Positions 1 through 12,420 of a DNA stretch of 64,000 nucleotides are shown here, one piece after another (position 1 is the first letter of the stretch; the number at the start of each line of letters is the position of its first letter). The notes below the pieces were generated by a model. That model was not told the DNA's origin. It made no database searches and saw nothing but the letters and a program-made list of their open reading frames with translations. Source of the stretch: Auanema rhodensis (Eukaryota; Animalia; Nematoda). The stretch covers positions 7,192,001 to 7,256,000 of the forward strand of contig OZ059897.1 of the NCBI GenBank assembly GCA_964057225.1. The letters are read 5' to 3'. A program made the position numbers and the translations under genes.

Positions 1-2
1 CC

Positions 3-2431
3 CTGCTTGCCATCATCTCATGTGCTCTAGCCAATCAGCGCTTACACGATCTGCCACAACCTGATATATGTAAGAATGGAGGAGAATTTGTTGGAGTGAG
101 TTTTCATATTTTTGATTGAAACAATCACTTTCTGAGTTTTACAAATGAAATGCGGGAGCCTAAGAAGAGAAGCATAAAGCATTTTTCCTCTGATTACTTC
201 AAACTGTTTCTTCAACAATGAAATGTAGTCAGTTGAAACAATTTGATATATCCTCTCGATTGGCTCAATTTTCTTTCGGTCACTAAACTAACGAAGTGCC
301 AATCAGAGGGGTTAGGGGTAAACTGGGAGAAGAAGAGGTTGAAGAATGAGGACGAGAGTTGAGACAACAACGAGAATTGCGAAGAAACCAATTGATGTCT
401 TCGTCATTCTCTGTCAAATTTTGGATTTTATTCAAATCACTCACAAACGAAAAGTCTTTATATAGTAGTTTCGATTGAATACATTAATCTTTTTGACATG
501 ATAAGTCATTACAATCCAGATGACAAGCCTAATCTCTAGATAGTAGAAGAGGAGAAAGGGCGTTATGTGCTCTTCCTCTAGCTGACAATACTGATCTGAA
601 TGGAAATTATTAGCCGACGATTAAGCATGAAATCAAGAAATTTCATTTAAATAATTAAATCGAAGATAGTTAACTATACATATAGTAATGTATATGTTAT
701 ACAAGCTGTTTAACTTAATTTCAATCTTACACGCATCATCATTAGCATTGAAGTTCATGATCATGCGTTCAGCAACATCTTGAATGTTATTCAACATTTG
801 ACCTTGAATCATAATTTTCTTGAGAACAAATTAGGCTCTTCAAGTTACATCTGGCTGTCTAGTAAGCAGGTGACATGTCTTGAATCCAAAAAAAAAAAGA
901 AAATCCTTACGAGGTCGAAGTAAAAACAGTTACTCTATCTAAGAGAAAGAACACACTTCAATCACCTCATATGCATATGTTATTCAAAAAAATCAGTCAG
1001 ACGAGTGGAGATTCAATAATCAGATCGTAAAAAACCTAAAATACAGTAAAGTGGTTCACATAAGCGCAGGTTAATCTCCAGAATACAAGACCCTCAGTTG
1101 GAGATTGGACTAATCCCTCTAGCCACTATCTCTCAACAGCCTACTCAAACGCATGTATGTAGTGTAACCTCGACAACATGCGCTTATCTCGTCCTCCTGC
1201 GATGCCATTGAGACTGAGGAGACATCGTTGTTGTATTAGGGTTGCACCTCTTCATGTTGGAATCGTGCTGTGACCATATCTGACCGGAATTTAGATGATT
1301 CTGACATTCAATTACATGTTCTCTCATCTATCTTCTGCTCAGCTTTTTTAGAGCGTTGTGATGATTCAACTCCAGATGGTCATATCTGTTAGTGGAAACA
1401 CTAACAACAGCTTAACTATGCTGTCAGATTGCAAGCTCATCAGACATCATGCATAGTTCAGAGGTTGAAAAGCCACTTGAAGCATAGTTTTTTCTTCCCA
1501 ACTGACGTAATACCACTCTCACCAAACAATTCATAAACAGAACAGTAGCATTAAGACAATGAAGGATATTAAGAATATAATTTGCATATCTTCATGTATA
1601 TGGCATATATATACTTAACTATGCTATATAGTATTTACTATATCTTTGATATTTCAGGGCAAATGTGAATGTACACTTCGTTATGAAGGAGAATTCTGTG
1701 AAGAAGAGAGATGCTTGAATGGTGGACGTCGCTTTAAGCATAGAGGAAAGGTTGGCTGCCGTTGTCCATATGGATTAGCTGGAGAGAGATGTGAGAAAGT
1801 TACTCAATGTGAAGCTGGAAAAGGTAATTTGTCTTTCAAACGTCTCTAATATTCATACTGTAACCGTTTTAGGAAAACTTGTTAATGGCAAATGCGAATG
1901 CTTCGAGAGAAATACTGGAATTTTCTGTCAGGAACGTCTGTGTTATAATGGAATTCCAACGGGTGGAAACGATGGACTCTGCCTCTGTGACGTTGGATTC
2001 ACTGGACCCTTCTGTGATGAGCAACTAATTTGCGAGAATTCTGGATCAGTTACAGCTGTAAGTTAGAAAATCTATTCATTATCACCAATGAATGAATCTA
2101 TGTGATATGGGCTCTTACTCCTGTTGTTTTACAGGAAAACGAATGTGCTTGCCAAACCGGATATGCCGGAGAACGATGTGAGCTATGTGCCCCTGGCTAT
2201 CTCATGGAGAAAAATTATTGCGTTCCTGAAGTCTCTGAATCATCTCTTCTGGCTCACACCGGATCTCTAGCTAACCGTCCCTATGCCTGGCCAATCGTCT
2301 TGATGGGATGTGCTGCTGCTCTGCTTGCTGCTGTTGTAGCTGTTGTATCTGTAATGATCTTACGTAAATGGAAGTCAAAGCCATCCCGCGTCAGTTCCGT
2401 ACAGGGAGATCGTGAAGGAACCGACGTCTAA
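3..2431 (+). CDS. EGF-like repeat single-pass membrane protein (5' end outside window); exons <3-95, 1658-1823, 1873-2057, 2135-2431
   Basis: GT-AG splicing with consistent phases gives a signal-peptide end (LLAIISCALA), short EGF repeats (CKNGG..GKCECTLRYEGEFCE, CLNGG..CRCPYGLAGERCE, CLCDVGFTGPFCD, CACQTGYAGERCE), a hydrophobic TM (WPIVLMGCAAALLAAVVAVVSVMIL), a basic stop-transfer (RKWKSK) and a tail ending EGTDV*. Confidence 0.88.
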
Positions 2432-3613
2432 AGCATAAGGCTTTATACATTCATATAGCTTAAAGTTTATATTATTTGCCTCCAAGAGGTGAATAGTTCA
2501 TCTGGTCTGACATTTTGCTTTTCATTGTCTCATTATCATTGTAAATTTAGATTTCAAATTCATTTTTTTTTACAAAAAACAAGAAAATTTTCGAAAATAT
2601 TCGAAAAGCCTATAAAGTACCCCCATTTTCATGCCAACATCAACCTTTCCAATCCCTTTCAGAAGTTAGAACATTACTTGACCACAATTATCCTACGATC
2701 CTTGACTCAGGCGAAGTTCTTTTTCTCTTAAATGACAGTTTTTTTTTGTCTCATGTACAGGTATTCTCTTTATATACAAATTCTTCATTGTTTCTCAATA
2801 TTAATACTTCTCTAAAGCATATTTTCAATACTAATTCCCCTACTTTATTTGCAATTATGCTATGTATTTGTCTCAATTTATGTGATTTATACTATAAGAA
2901 TAGTAAAAATTTACAATAAAATCTTAAATGTATATGTTAACTCAAGTATATAACTTGTAATCTAACTTGTAAAAATAATAAAAAATACAAAAATAATTAT
3001 TTACAATCATACATACATCTATAAATATCATATTATTGATTGAATAATAACAAATAGTTAATAGAATAGTTAATTTATATGATATAATATAACTTTAAAT
3101 ATTACTTAAACTTACTATTTCAATCGATTATAAAGAATTTCGAAAAAACAAAAACTCACATGTTCCATTTACATTGAAGAGAGAGAAAGAAGTGATACAA
3201 CCTGTTCATCGCGTCATTATGTTCCAAATAAGTTTCACGCAAAGTTCACGTAAACAGACTTACTATATTCAAATTAAACGTGAAAATGTAGTTCGAAAAA
3301 TCAAAACAAAAAATTTTAAATGAATTTATTAAGCTGATGGTTAACTATATTCATATAATTTAAAAATTCACAATATTTATAACTTGAATGAGATTTAAAA
3401 ATTCTTTTTTTTTTTTCATATAAACATATGATATAGTTATAAATTTAAAAATTAAATTGAATATGAATGAATTATAGTATAACCGTTTCATATATTCACA
3501 AAAACAAAAAAAATGAAGAAAAAAAGATGATGAAGAACAAGTTTTCGTTGTAACGATTTCATGTCAGCTATGAACTATCATCAATCGAAAGCCAATTTAC
3601 CGAAAATCCTCAT

Positions 3614-4583
3614 ATGATTGTATCGAAGGTTATATTCGTCTTTTTCATTTTTTTAATTTCAAATTATAATTATGTGTATTCCATAAACTTATCTGAATAT
3701 GCTTGTTCAACTAATAAATATAAATGGGCTTGTGGTAATGAGCAATCAACTCATCGCTTAACTCGAGCTGGTATAGCATTTGAACTATCAATCTAACATT
3801 CATTTATATTTATTTATTTCAGAAACTAAAGAAGAAAAAGAAGAAAAAGAAGAAAAATCAGGTGATTCAGATGATGATCCTGTAAGTTTGTAAACTTTTT
3901 TTATTTTATTTTCTTGTTTAAAGGCTTGTAGAAAATTGAAAAAAGATTACGATGTTGTATGCTTTACTCCACCACCAGCAGAAGCATTCATTGAAACTAA
4001 AGCTTTCTGTGAAGCTTTTATTCAATCCTGTAGTCACATATTGAAAACAAACTTATTTACAAACCTTGAGTAAGCTACTAGGACTCATACTGTGCATGTC
4101 TTACAACTTCTACCTTAGATCGATTGAAGTTGATTATCGAGCTTACTGTGCAAAACATTCTGAACGATTCGGTTACGTTTGTCCAGATCCACTTCGATTT
4201 CATGCTCATAAAGACGATGTAACGTTATTACGACCTTCAAACATTTTAAACCTTCATGACTGTTTAGGCTGTAGAATTCTGTGCCAGATACAAGTATAGA
4301 TGTCCAGCTGTTGAACTACCTAACGAACCACTCAAGTTTAAAGATCCGGTAAGATTCGGGCAGAAAAACAAGCACAATAAATTGAAAATCTCATTCACAA
4401 TTACAGGATGAAGGTCACATCTACATACGTGAATGGGCATCTCCGTGTGGAAAAATGAAACGTTTTGCTCGAAATTACTGTACAGATTTGGATTTATTAA
4501 AAGTTCCCAAGTATCAAATTCCATGTGCAACATACAAATACTTCTGTCTTGATCTCCAAACTCGTGTCATATACGGTGGATAA
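3614..4583 (+). CDS. Secreted Cys-rich protein with three 4-Cys repeats; exons 3614-3770, 3823-3881, 3924-4069, 4119-4218, 4268-4348, 4407-4583
   Basis: Signal peptide MIVSKVIFVFFIFLISNYNYVYS; six exons join in frame across short GT-AG introns to TAA at 4581-4583; three C-x10-C-x14-16-C-x6-C units. Confidence 0.85.
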
Positions 4584-5335
4584 ACTCACTGAATCGCTAC
4601 GGAATTTAATAAACGTTTTGATCTGTTTGTCTGTCATATAGAAACATCATAATTATAGATAATCTTGTTTGTATCTTTATTATCAATCAGATGTTTTATT
4701 CTTTATTCAGGTTTAGGTTCAAGTCCAAGTTTAACAATAAACTGTCAAAAATCAAAGATAGATATAAGAAAGATTAACTGAAATTTTAATTATAACATAT
4801 GCCTTTGTCCATGAAAACTATATGTAAAAGATTATAAACCATATATTAACTTGAATGGGAATAAGCTCAATTTCATTAACTTTCAAGAGAATTAATGGGA
4901 GAACAAACTATCTGAACAAGGCGCTTGTATTGAAGAGAGTTTGCAGCGTATTTCATCTATTTTTCTTCAATTTTCTGTTCGTTTTATTTCGATTTCTCTC
5001 TTCTATCAGAAGCACTGAAGATTTCTTATCGATAAGGTCAAACGGGTTAAACCAAGTTTAATCATTATTACATCAATTGAATGTTTAGTCAATTGCATCT
5101 GCTTACATGCCTTGGTCACATTTTGGCAAGCTTCAGCTGAAAGTAGGATTTGTTCCTTGTCGTCGCCGTCGTCGTCACACACACACACACACACGTATAC
5201 ACTTTCTCTTATCTTTTTCATGTGTCCAAAATTGTAGTTTTTTGAAGTTAACTCGAGATTATTTCGTGCAACTATCGTGGCCACGCCTCGGATGTTCTTA
5301 TCATTTTCATCATTTTTTCACAGAATTTTCAAGAA

Positions 5336-7719
5336 ATGATTTTACGATTGGTATCAATATTACTAATATCAATATTACCTATATTCGTTGCGCAATTTGT
5401 TCCAATAGACAGGTAAGAAACTCTATGTTCGTGTTATTTCTATTCAAATAAGCATATATGAAGCCATACTGTTTATTCTTTTATCATAACTCTTTAGAGA
5501 TTTAACTACAATTGCTCCACCTATAGCTAGAGCTCATCGAGATTTTGTACTTGGACGACGGAGAAGCCATCATCATCACCATCATGTGTGAGTTTCAAGT
5601 TGTTTCCATTCAATTTAAGCTTAAAAAGTGAACATTGATCAACATCAATATCATCATTATTAGTTTTTGGTCAAGGTTATGTTGCAACATTACGTATTCC
5701 CAATATTATCTTCTGAACAATTGCATTTGCAGAGCTCGTCATCCAACTTCGGAACAGAGTCGTAAGGCTCATGAAAGTGAAGCAGCTTACTTACGCAAGC
5801 TTGAAGCTTATGAGGAACAAAACGAAAAATTTGAAGAACTTAGAAAAGAAACTCATGACAAATACTATGAGGACTATTTCAATCGTATGCGAGCTTATGC
5901 AGTTGAAACGCATATCAGGCGGTAAGCTCACGAACCTGTCTAAGCGCCATACTATTAATATTTTATCACAGGTACAATCAACTCTTGCAACAACAACAAG
6001 CTGAACGAGCTCGTTTTTCAAAAGTTATGAGCGAATTCGGAGTACGAGAGGAAGACGTAATTCGACAAGTTGGTAGTGGAGCTCAGTTCGTACCAACACA
6101 ACCAGAACCTGTTAACGTACCATCGTAAGTTATCTTTGCGTTCACAATTTATCTTTTTATCATTTGTGTTCTTGTAGAAATCCTTTCGGTGACGTCAAAA
6201 ATGTCCATGACATCATGGACGGGCCAGCTTCAACAAAGCCACGTGCGGGAGCTGTTCCTGTTCTAGAGGTTTGAACTGAAATGTTCTCTTGATGCTTGAT
6301 TAAAGAAAAGCTGTTTTTGAACCCAAAGCAAAGCATATTTCATTCGAACAAGGACAAATCTATCAATGTTTTAGAGATAACTTGAACTTAACTTCCCCCC
6401 TCTGAGAATTTTTTCTTTTTTTTTCTTTCGTTTTAGCGATAGGCGGAACTAGCTACCTACCATACAGCTATGCTACATCAAGAATGAAAATCAATCATAA
6501 AGAAAACAAAATAAAAAATAATTTATTAGTATTGAATGCAACCGATCATAATTGCTTAAAACATAAAAATGACACGTAAATACCAGCTTACGTGACACGT
6601 GAATAACGTAACCCACGTCACGGTAGCTTATACTCACGTGATATGCTAATTCGATTTCAGCCTCAACCTCCGTCAAATATTGAGCCACGTCCAGAGAATC
6701 GTGATGTTCATAGAAAAGCTATAGCTTTAGAAACATTATGTGCAAAGTAATTATATGATATTATATAGTTAAACTTATAATTATTTTAGATTCATAAATA
6801 CAGTTCGTCAACATTGTACTGGAAATAAGACAGAAGAAGCATATGTTAAGAAATGTGAAGGATATTTTAAAGTTTATATTAATTATATTAATTATAATAT
6901 TAAAAAAATATATTATAGGATTGTGGTGGAATGATACCAAAAGCTGATCCATTATATAGTATTGCTAATTCATTCAGTTCACAAGTTGGAATTAATGTTG
7001 CTACTGTAGGAGTAAAGGTATAGAAGAAAGAAGAAGATTCTTCTCTAATTGTCATTTCAAGGGAATTCCTTATTATCCAATTAATGAAGAAGGTGCTATT
7101 GAAGTAGGAAGAGAGATTGGAGTACCATTTGGTTCATGGGGTGGAGGATATACTGATCATGCTGGTGTTCGGTTCGTAACAATAAGCTTTTTTAGTTTTT
7201 TTTTCCAAATTGTAAACTGCTAATTGTAATTGCAATTTCCTTTCTAGAGATTATTGGTCACAAACTACAGAAGTTGGAGCTAATTGGTATGAAGGAAAGT
7301 ATGGTTATAAGGGTGGATGGAGTGTGCCTCTTGTTCAATCATTAGGAATTGAAGGAGATACTCATGCTGTGGTTAGTTAAATGGTTCAACTTTTTGAATA
7401 TCAAAAATATAATTTCAGGTATCAGTACCAGTGAAGCCTGGCGAGCTAGGTAAACCTATCGGAGTTGATGTTGGCGGAGGTGTTGGACCATACTATCAGC
7501 AAAATCAGCATGTTGGAGTTGATTATATGAATGGCAATGTAAGAAGAAAATACATAAGATGAAATCAATGAAACACAAAACTTAATTATAAAAGATACTT
7601 GCCTATTTGAATTTCAGGTTGGAACAAATTTCGGCGTTGGTGTACCATTTGCCGGAGTAGGAGTCAACACAGGAATCGGTATCAAGTTTCCATCAGTTAA
7701 TGATGTGATTGGAAAATAG
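5336..7719 (+). CDS. Secreted protein: His tract, charged helical region, one 4-Cys module, Gly/Val/aromatic-rich C-terminal domain; 12 exons (5336-5412, 5498-5587, 5733-5921, 5972-6124, 6178-6268, 6661-6746, 6790-6871, 6919-7017, 7062-7171, 7248-7371, 7419-7538, 7618-7719)
   Basis: Unpaired acceptor (ttttttcacag) before ATG 5336; signal peptide MILRLVSILLISILPIFVA; all 11 introns are GT-AG with matching phases; ends VGTNFGVGVPFAGVGVNTGIGIKFPSVNDVIGK*. Largely missed by the ORF track. Confidence 0.85.
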
Positions 7720-8662
7720 ATTGTATATAAATATATATATATATATATATTCACTGACTGTAAAGAAAGGTCAATTTAATAAAAATAAAAATATTTCAAA
7801 TATAAAAATATTTATAAACTTAAGAGAATTCTTGTTTTTTATTCAAAATCACCATGTTGTAACAACAATCATAGAGCAACTGGCTCATTCTCCTCAATTT
7901 TCATGGCAAATAGATAAGAAAATAAAGAAATTATCCTTTCTTTTCCTTCAAAGCTTGTATGAAAAAAGATTAAAGTTCATCATGAATTCTTCTTATTTTC
8001 AACTTATTTGGAAAGAATTAGAGAAGGAAAACGAAGATTATTTCTAAAAATCATTAGAGACATCATATAAAGCAGCGAATTATTTATAAATTAACTATCA
8101 ATCGATAAAATAATATAAATATACTTTTAATCTCTTATTTTTGATAATTAATATTATAATCTTAACATTATTTTGTATTTGTAAGATTTTATCAACATTT
8201 CACTTTTGGCTTATTTGTTCCGTTTTGGCACGTTTTGATCGCACCTTTACAAGGTTCGTCAAAGAGTTCAAAGTACTTGTTATATATTATTCTGGTCTTA
8301 TCAATTTTCTTTTCTTTATCTATTTCTGTGTCTCTTCAACTCTATTAGTGTTTTCATTTTCTAAGGTAGAACGGGGTCGAGACCTTTGTCTTTTGGATTC
8401 TTTCTCTCTATATAAATTTCTTTCTCTCTCATTTACGTTCTTCCTCTTTATTTCCCTCTATTGCTATCACTCTTTCTTTCTTATTCTCTGTCTATCTCTC
8501 TCTTTATCTTTCCATCTCTTCTCTTTTCTTTTATGTCATACAGAGAGAGAGAGAGACACAACAAACTTCTTTAGTACTTATATCTTATCCTTCTAAGTGA
8601 AACTGACTTCACTACATTCGCAATACAACAACCGATTTCAGTATTTTCTTTGAAAACTAACT

Positions 8663-10565
8663 ATGCTGCCAATTTTTAAACGTCGGTAGGTTGTTTTCTT
8701 TTTATAAATTCCAAATAAAGATGTACTTTGGATGTTGTTTTCATTAAAAACATTTTTAAATAATCGATTAAACTTTCCAGTTTTTGTCATGTGGTGAGTG
8801 ATGCTATCAAGTTGGCAAGAGTTACGGAAAATGATCGTATTATCAGCATTAAATGGTCTGATGGTGAGCACATTAATCAGAATTTTCATTTTTAAATCTG
8901 ACAATTTGAAATAATTAATTATTTCCCAATAGCATATTCAAAAAAATTTAAGGCCATGAAGCTGACCTGCCTGTTATATGGCTTAGAGACACATCACCTG
9001 ATCCAAAAACGTATACATTCAGCCCAGCAATGACAGCTAGGTAGTACAGTAATTGAAGTAGCCGTACACGTCTAATCTTTAGAAATCTTGTTATGAATGA
9101 ATTTGATGTCACTCAATCACCAACAACTATTAAACTTGACAAAGAACGAAATGAGCTTGTTCTAGAATGGCCTGGAGATATTCATAGCAGGTTGCTTCAA
9201 GCTCAGACAATGTTTTAATATGCTTGGTATTACAGATATCCGTCAGCTTGGTTACGTTTCCGTAATCCATCATGTCCATCGGCACGACTTAATCGTCGTT
9301 TAAATTATTTACTTCCCGAAACAACATGGTCGAAAGATGATATGGAAAGTAGATTGCAATCGTTTAATCACGACGAAGTGATGAATGACGATAAGGTTAG
9401 TTAGTACATCTAGACATCAAACAACAAAACATGAATTCCATTAAAATGAACACAAAAACCTATTTAATTACTTCAGGCTTTACATGACTTCTTAGAAGCT
9501 GTATGTCTAGATGGTCTAGCTGTGATTAGGAACGGACCAACTAATGGAGGAGAAGGTGTTGTTGAAGCTATTGGTGATCGTATTGGTCTCATTCAGAACA
9601 CACATTTCGGGTAATTACTGCTGATTAATAATATTTTCACTTAAAACTTTAAATTTCAGAAAAGTATTTGAAGTTAAAGCTAAGAAAGATGCTAGCAATA
9701 AAGCCTATGCTTCAACATCGGGCTTGCCATTCCACACCGACTTTCCATCCCTAAGCAACCCACCCCAACTTCAGATGTTGCATATGGCTAGACAAGCTCA
9801 AGAAGGTGGAAACAGCCTATTTGTTGATGGTTTCCACGTTGCTCAGATGGTGAATATCATATCATGCAGGTTAAAACGCAAAGTGTTTTCAGTTGAAACT
9901 CTCTCATCCAGAAGCTTTTGACATATTAACTAAACACAGTATGGAATATATTGAAGAAGGATATGACATTCATGAAGGACCAGACGGCTTACCTAGAACG
10001 TTTGATTTCTACATGAACGCTAGACATAAGGTTATCAAGTATGTTCAAGATTTCGGGATGTTATGAACTTCTAAACTTTTAGACTTGATGACCAGGGACA
10101 TGTAATCAAAATACAATTTGGAAATGCCATGCGTAGTTGGTTCTACGATTGTGATCCAAATAAAGTTCAAGATATTTATGAGTGAGTATAAAACACAACC
10201 GATTTTCTATGCGCATAATATCAAAATGAAAGAGTCACGCCATGATTAGACGTATATGCTAATTAATTCTTTCAGTGCTATGAAACTCTTTACGAACTAC
10301 TGTTATGATGAGAGCAACGTTTTCAAACTCCATTTGGAAGATGGTAATGATAGCAACACTTATTAAATTTGATAATTTTCTTACTCCAGGCGACACTGTA
10401 CTTTGGGCTAACACTAGAGTCCTACACACTAGAGACGACTACACTGATGCACCAGGGCAACAAAGAACGTTGAAAGGTTGTTATTTCACGTGGGACATTT
10501 TGAAATCTAGAGTTCGTGTAATAAGAAAGCAACTGGGCTTACCCCAGCATCAACCATCAGCTTAA
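8663..10565 (+). CDS. gbh-1: Gamma-butyrobetaine dioxygenase (Fe/2-oxoglutarate, TauD-like), multi-exon
   Basis: Spliced translation contains [51 protein letters not shown] (HxD), [26 protein letters not shown] (distal His), RTLKGCYF, and ends QPSA*, matching C. elegans GBH-1 as I recall it. A TTTCAG acceptor ends at 8641, before the ATG. Confidence 0.92.
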
Positions 10566-10956
10566 TAAAAATGTATATTTAATAAAAATATATTTAGATT
10601 CTTTACAAGCTGTTATCATTTTTGTCTGCAAAATTTAAAAAAATACCCTTTCACAGACTAGAAAAATAAGAACGACAAAGGTCAATGAAAGAGTTATACA
10701 TCCGGAGATACTAGTTGTGAGAAAAATATTATATGTGGTGAAGTAGAAATGGATTGAAAAGAAGAAACAATAGATTAAATTAGTATGAATCTTACTATTT
10801 AAAAAGGACACTCATTGAAGCTCGAATTGATATTCCAAACAAACAAGTAACAAGAACGGTATATAGCTAAATCTTTTGATGACATCTTTCTCATACACTA
10901 TCTGAGAAGTGAATTTTCAAAAATTGATACAGTGATACATAACTAGAGAGATAAAT

Positions 10957-11640
10957 CTATTGTGGTTGTACTACTTTCTTCTCTTCTTCACCATCATATG
11001 TGGAGCCAAAGAATGTAACTCCGGCAACTAAAGCTGTCACTGTAAAGAACTGGGCCATAATACGGTATTGCATATACTTCTGTGCTCCTAGCTTATCTCC
11101 AAGGAATGAAGATCTGAAAATCATGTTGTATTTAAGAGAAAAAACATCAGATTTAAGTACTTAAACATTCCAAGTAAAGCCATAGTAGTTAATCCCATAC
11201 CAAGAATTACAGCGGGATTACTGGTAATATTACCGACAACCCCACTCTTTTTTTTGCCGGAAATATCCTTACCAGATTGGTAACCAATATCTGTTGGTAT
11301 GGCAGGAATCTAATAAAGTATAATTATACATACATATAATAACATAATATTTAAGAAAAAAGTGTGTAAAAGTAAAATTAAAAATATAAAAAGTAAAATA
11401 TAAATAATTTAGAAATAAAATAACTAACCCCACTATACCGGTCCTTATTGTCACTAGTTCTACTCATCTGATCTTTAGATAAATGCTCTTTTTTCCATTC
11501 ATAACTTCCCTTTTTGTGCTGAACAAAATGAATATAAAGTTTAAAACCTAAAGTATCGAACTAACCTGCTCAGCAGCTTGCTCGTGGTCTGGGACGCCGA
11601 TAGCGGACATAAAAGCTTTGCGAAGGGGAAGAAGGCGCAT
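10957..11640 (-). CDS. HIG1-domain (HIGD/Rcf1-like) mitochondrial inner-membrane protein; exons 11640-11566, 11518-11429, 11309-11161, 11113-10957
   Basis: Spliced translation contains NPAVILGMGLTTMALLGMFKSSFLGDKLGAQKYMQYRIMAQFFTVTALVAG, the HIG1 signature (NP..P/LG...G....Q..M..R..AQ..TV). An acceptor AG directly precedes the ATG. Confidence 0.88.
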
Positions 11641-11751
11641 CTTTAATAAAACATATGAACAAATAACAAATATAAATACATAGAAAGTAGAATTTAATCG
11701 ATTAAAACGATAATTACATGCAAAAACATGAAAAATATTTAATGTTTTATT
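11641..11751 (-). promoter_or_regulatory. Operon intercistronic region: AATAAA, Ur-like element (short stem + UACUUU), trans-splice acceptor
   Basis: On the - strand: AATAAA (11751-11746), palindromic TTTAATCGATTAAA (11706-11693), TACTTT (11689-11684), a U-rich tract, then ttattaaag|ATG at 11640. Total span is ~110 nt. Confidence 0.65.
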
Positions 11752-11824
11752 GCATTAAGCTATGCTATACCCTTTTAAGAATAATTTACAAAGTGTGTGC
11801 TGGAGTCTATTAGCAGCCCAAGGA

Positions 11825-12420
11825 CTACATTTTGGTCACAACAACTCCATTATCTCTATCTCTGGCAATACGTCTAGCAGTGATTGATTCACCAATATAG
11901 AAAATAGTGAAGAATCCAAGACATCCAGCCAGAATGAATACAACACGCAGACGGTCATGCATGCGATTCATTGTGCCATTACTGAGCATAAGAAAATCAA
12001 TAGTTTCAAGCTACTTGAGAAACATACCTGACAATCTCTGGAATCTCAGCTTTACTTTTGTACAGCTTGGTTAAAACTAGGAAGTTTCTTTGCATTTTTG
12101 TTGGACGTTGGCCAGTTTCTGTATATCTAATACTTAGAAGAAGGCTTTCAAAGTTAAAACGAACCTACTGAAGCATTTTGATACCGATTGGCTATCAACT
12201 GTTTCTGAAAATTTTGTCGAGTAGCGTAGACTGGTTTATGTCCTTCTACGGAGGAGCTCTCAGACTATACATCATTCAAATACACATTAAAAGCAAAAAC
12301 AACAAAACAAACCTTTGCTGAGGTACCAACATCAGAAGCATTTCCTTTAACATCAGAAGATTGTCGTCTGAAAGGAAGTTTGAGTGATGAAACTCTCGTA
12401 CCGCGTAATAACGAGTTCAT
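11825..12420 (-). CDS. FAM162 (DUF1075) family mitochondrial membrane protein; a possible additional upstream exon starts at ATG 12544
   Basis: Spliced translation MNSLLRGTRVSSLKLPFRRQSS (presequence-like) ... RPTKMQRNFLVLTKLYKSKAEIPEIVSNGTMNRMHDRLRVVFILAGCLGFFTIFYIG...; follows the FAM162 pattern PT..QK..L.....K...EIPE.VS..M......RV plus a TM segment. Not present in the ORF track. Confidence 0.8.

Noticed and set aside
96-1657. Transposon remnant in the long first intron of the EGF gene
   Set aside because: Only a short inverted repeat (AATCTCCA/TGGAGATT at ~1073-1106); no terminal repeats, target duplication or transposase/RT motifs recognised.
12119-12165. Apparent frameshift or non-canonical acceptor in the FAM162 gene
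   Set aside because: Resolved by the canonical acceptor atatacag|AAACT, giving a 46-nt intron with the correct phase.
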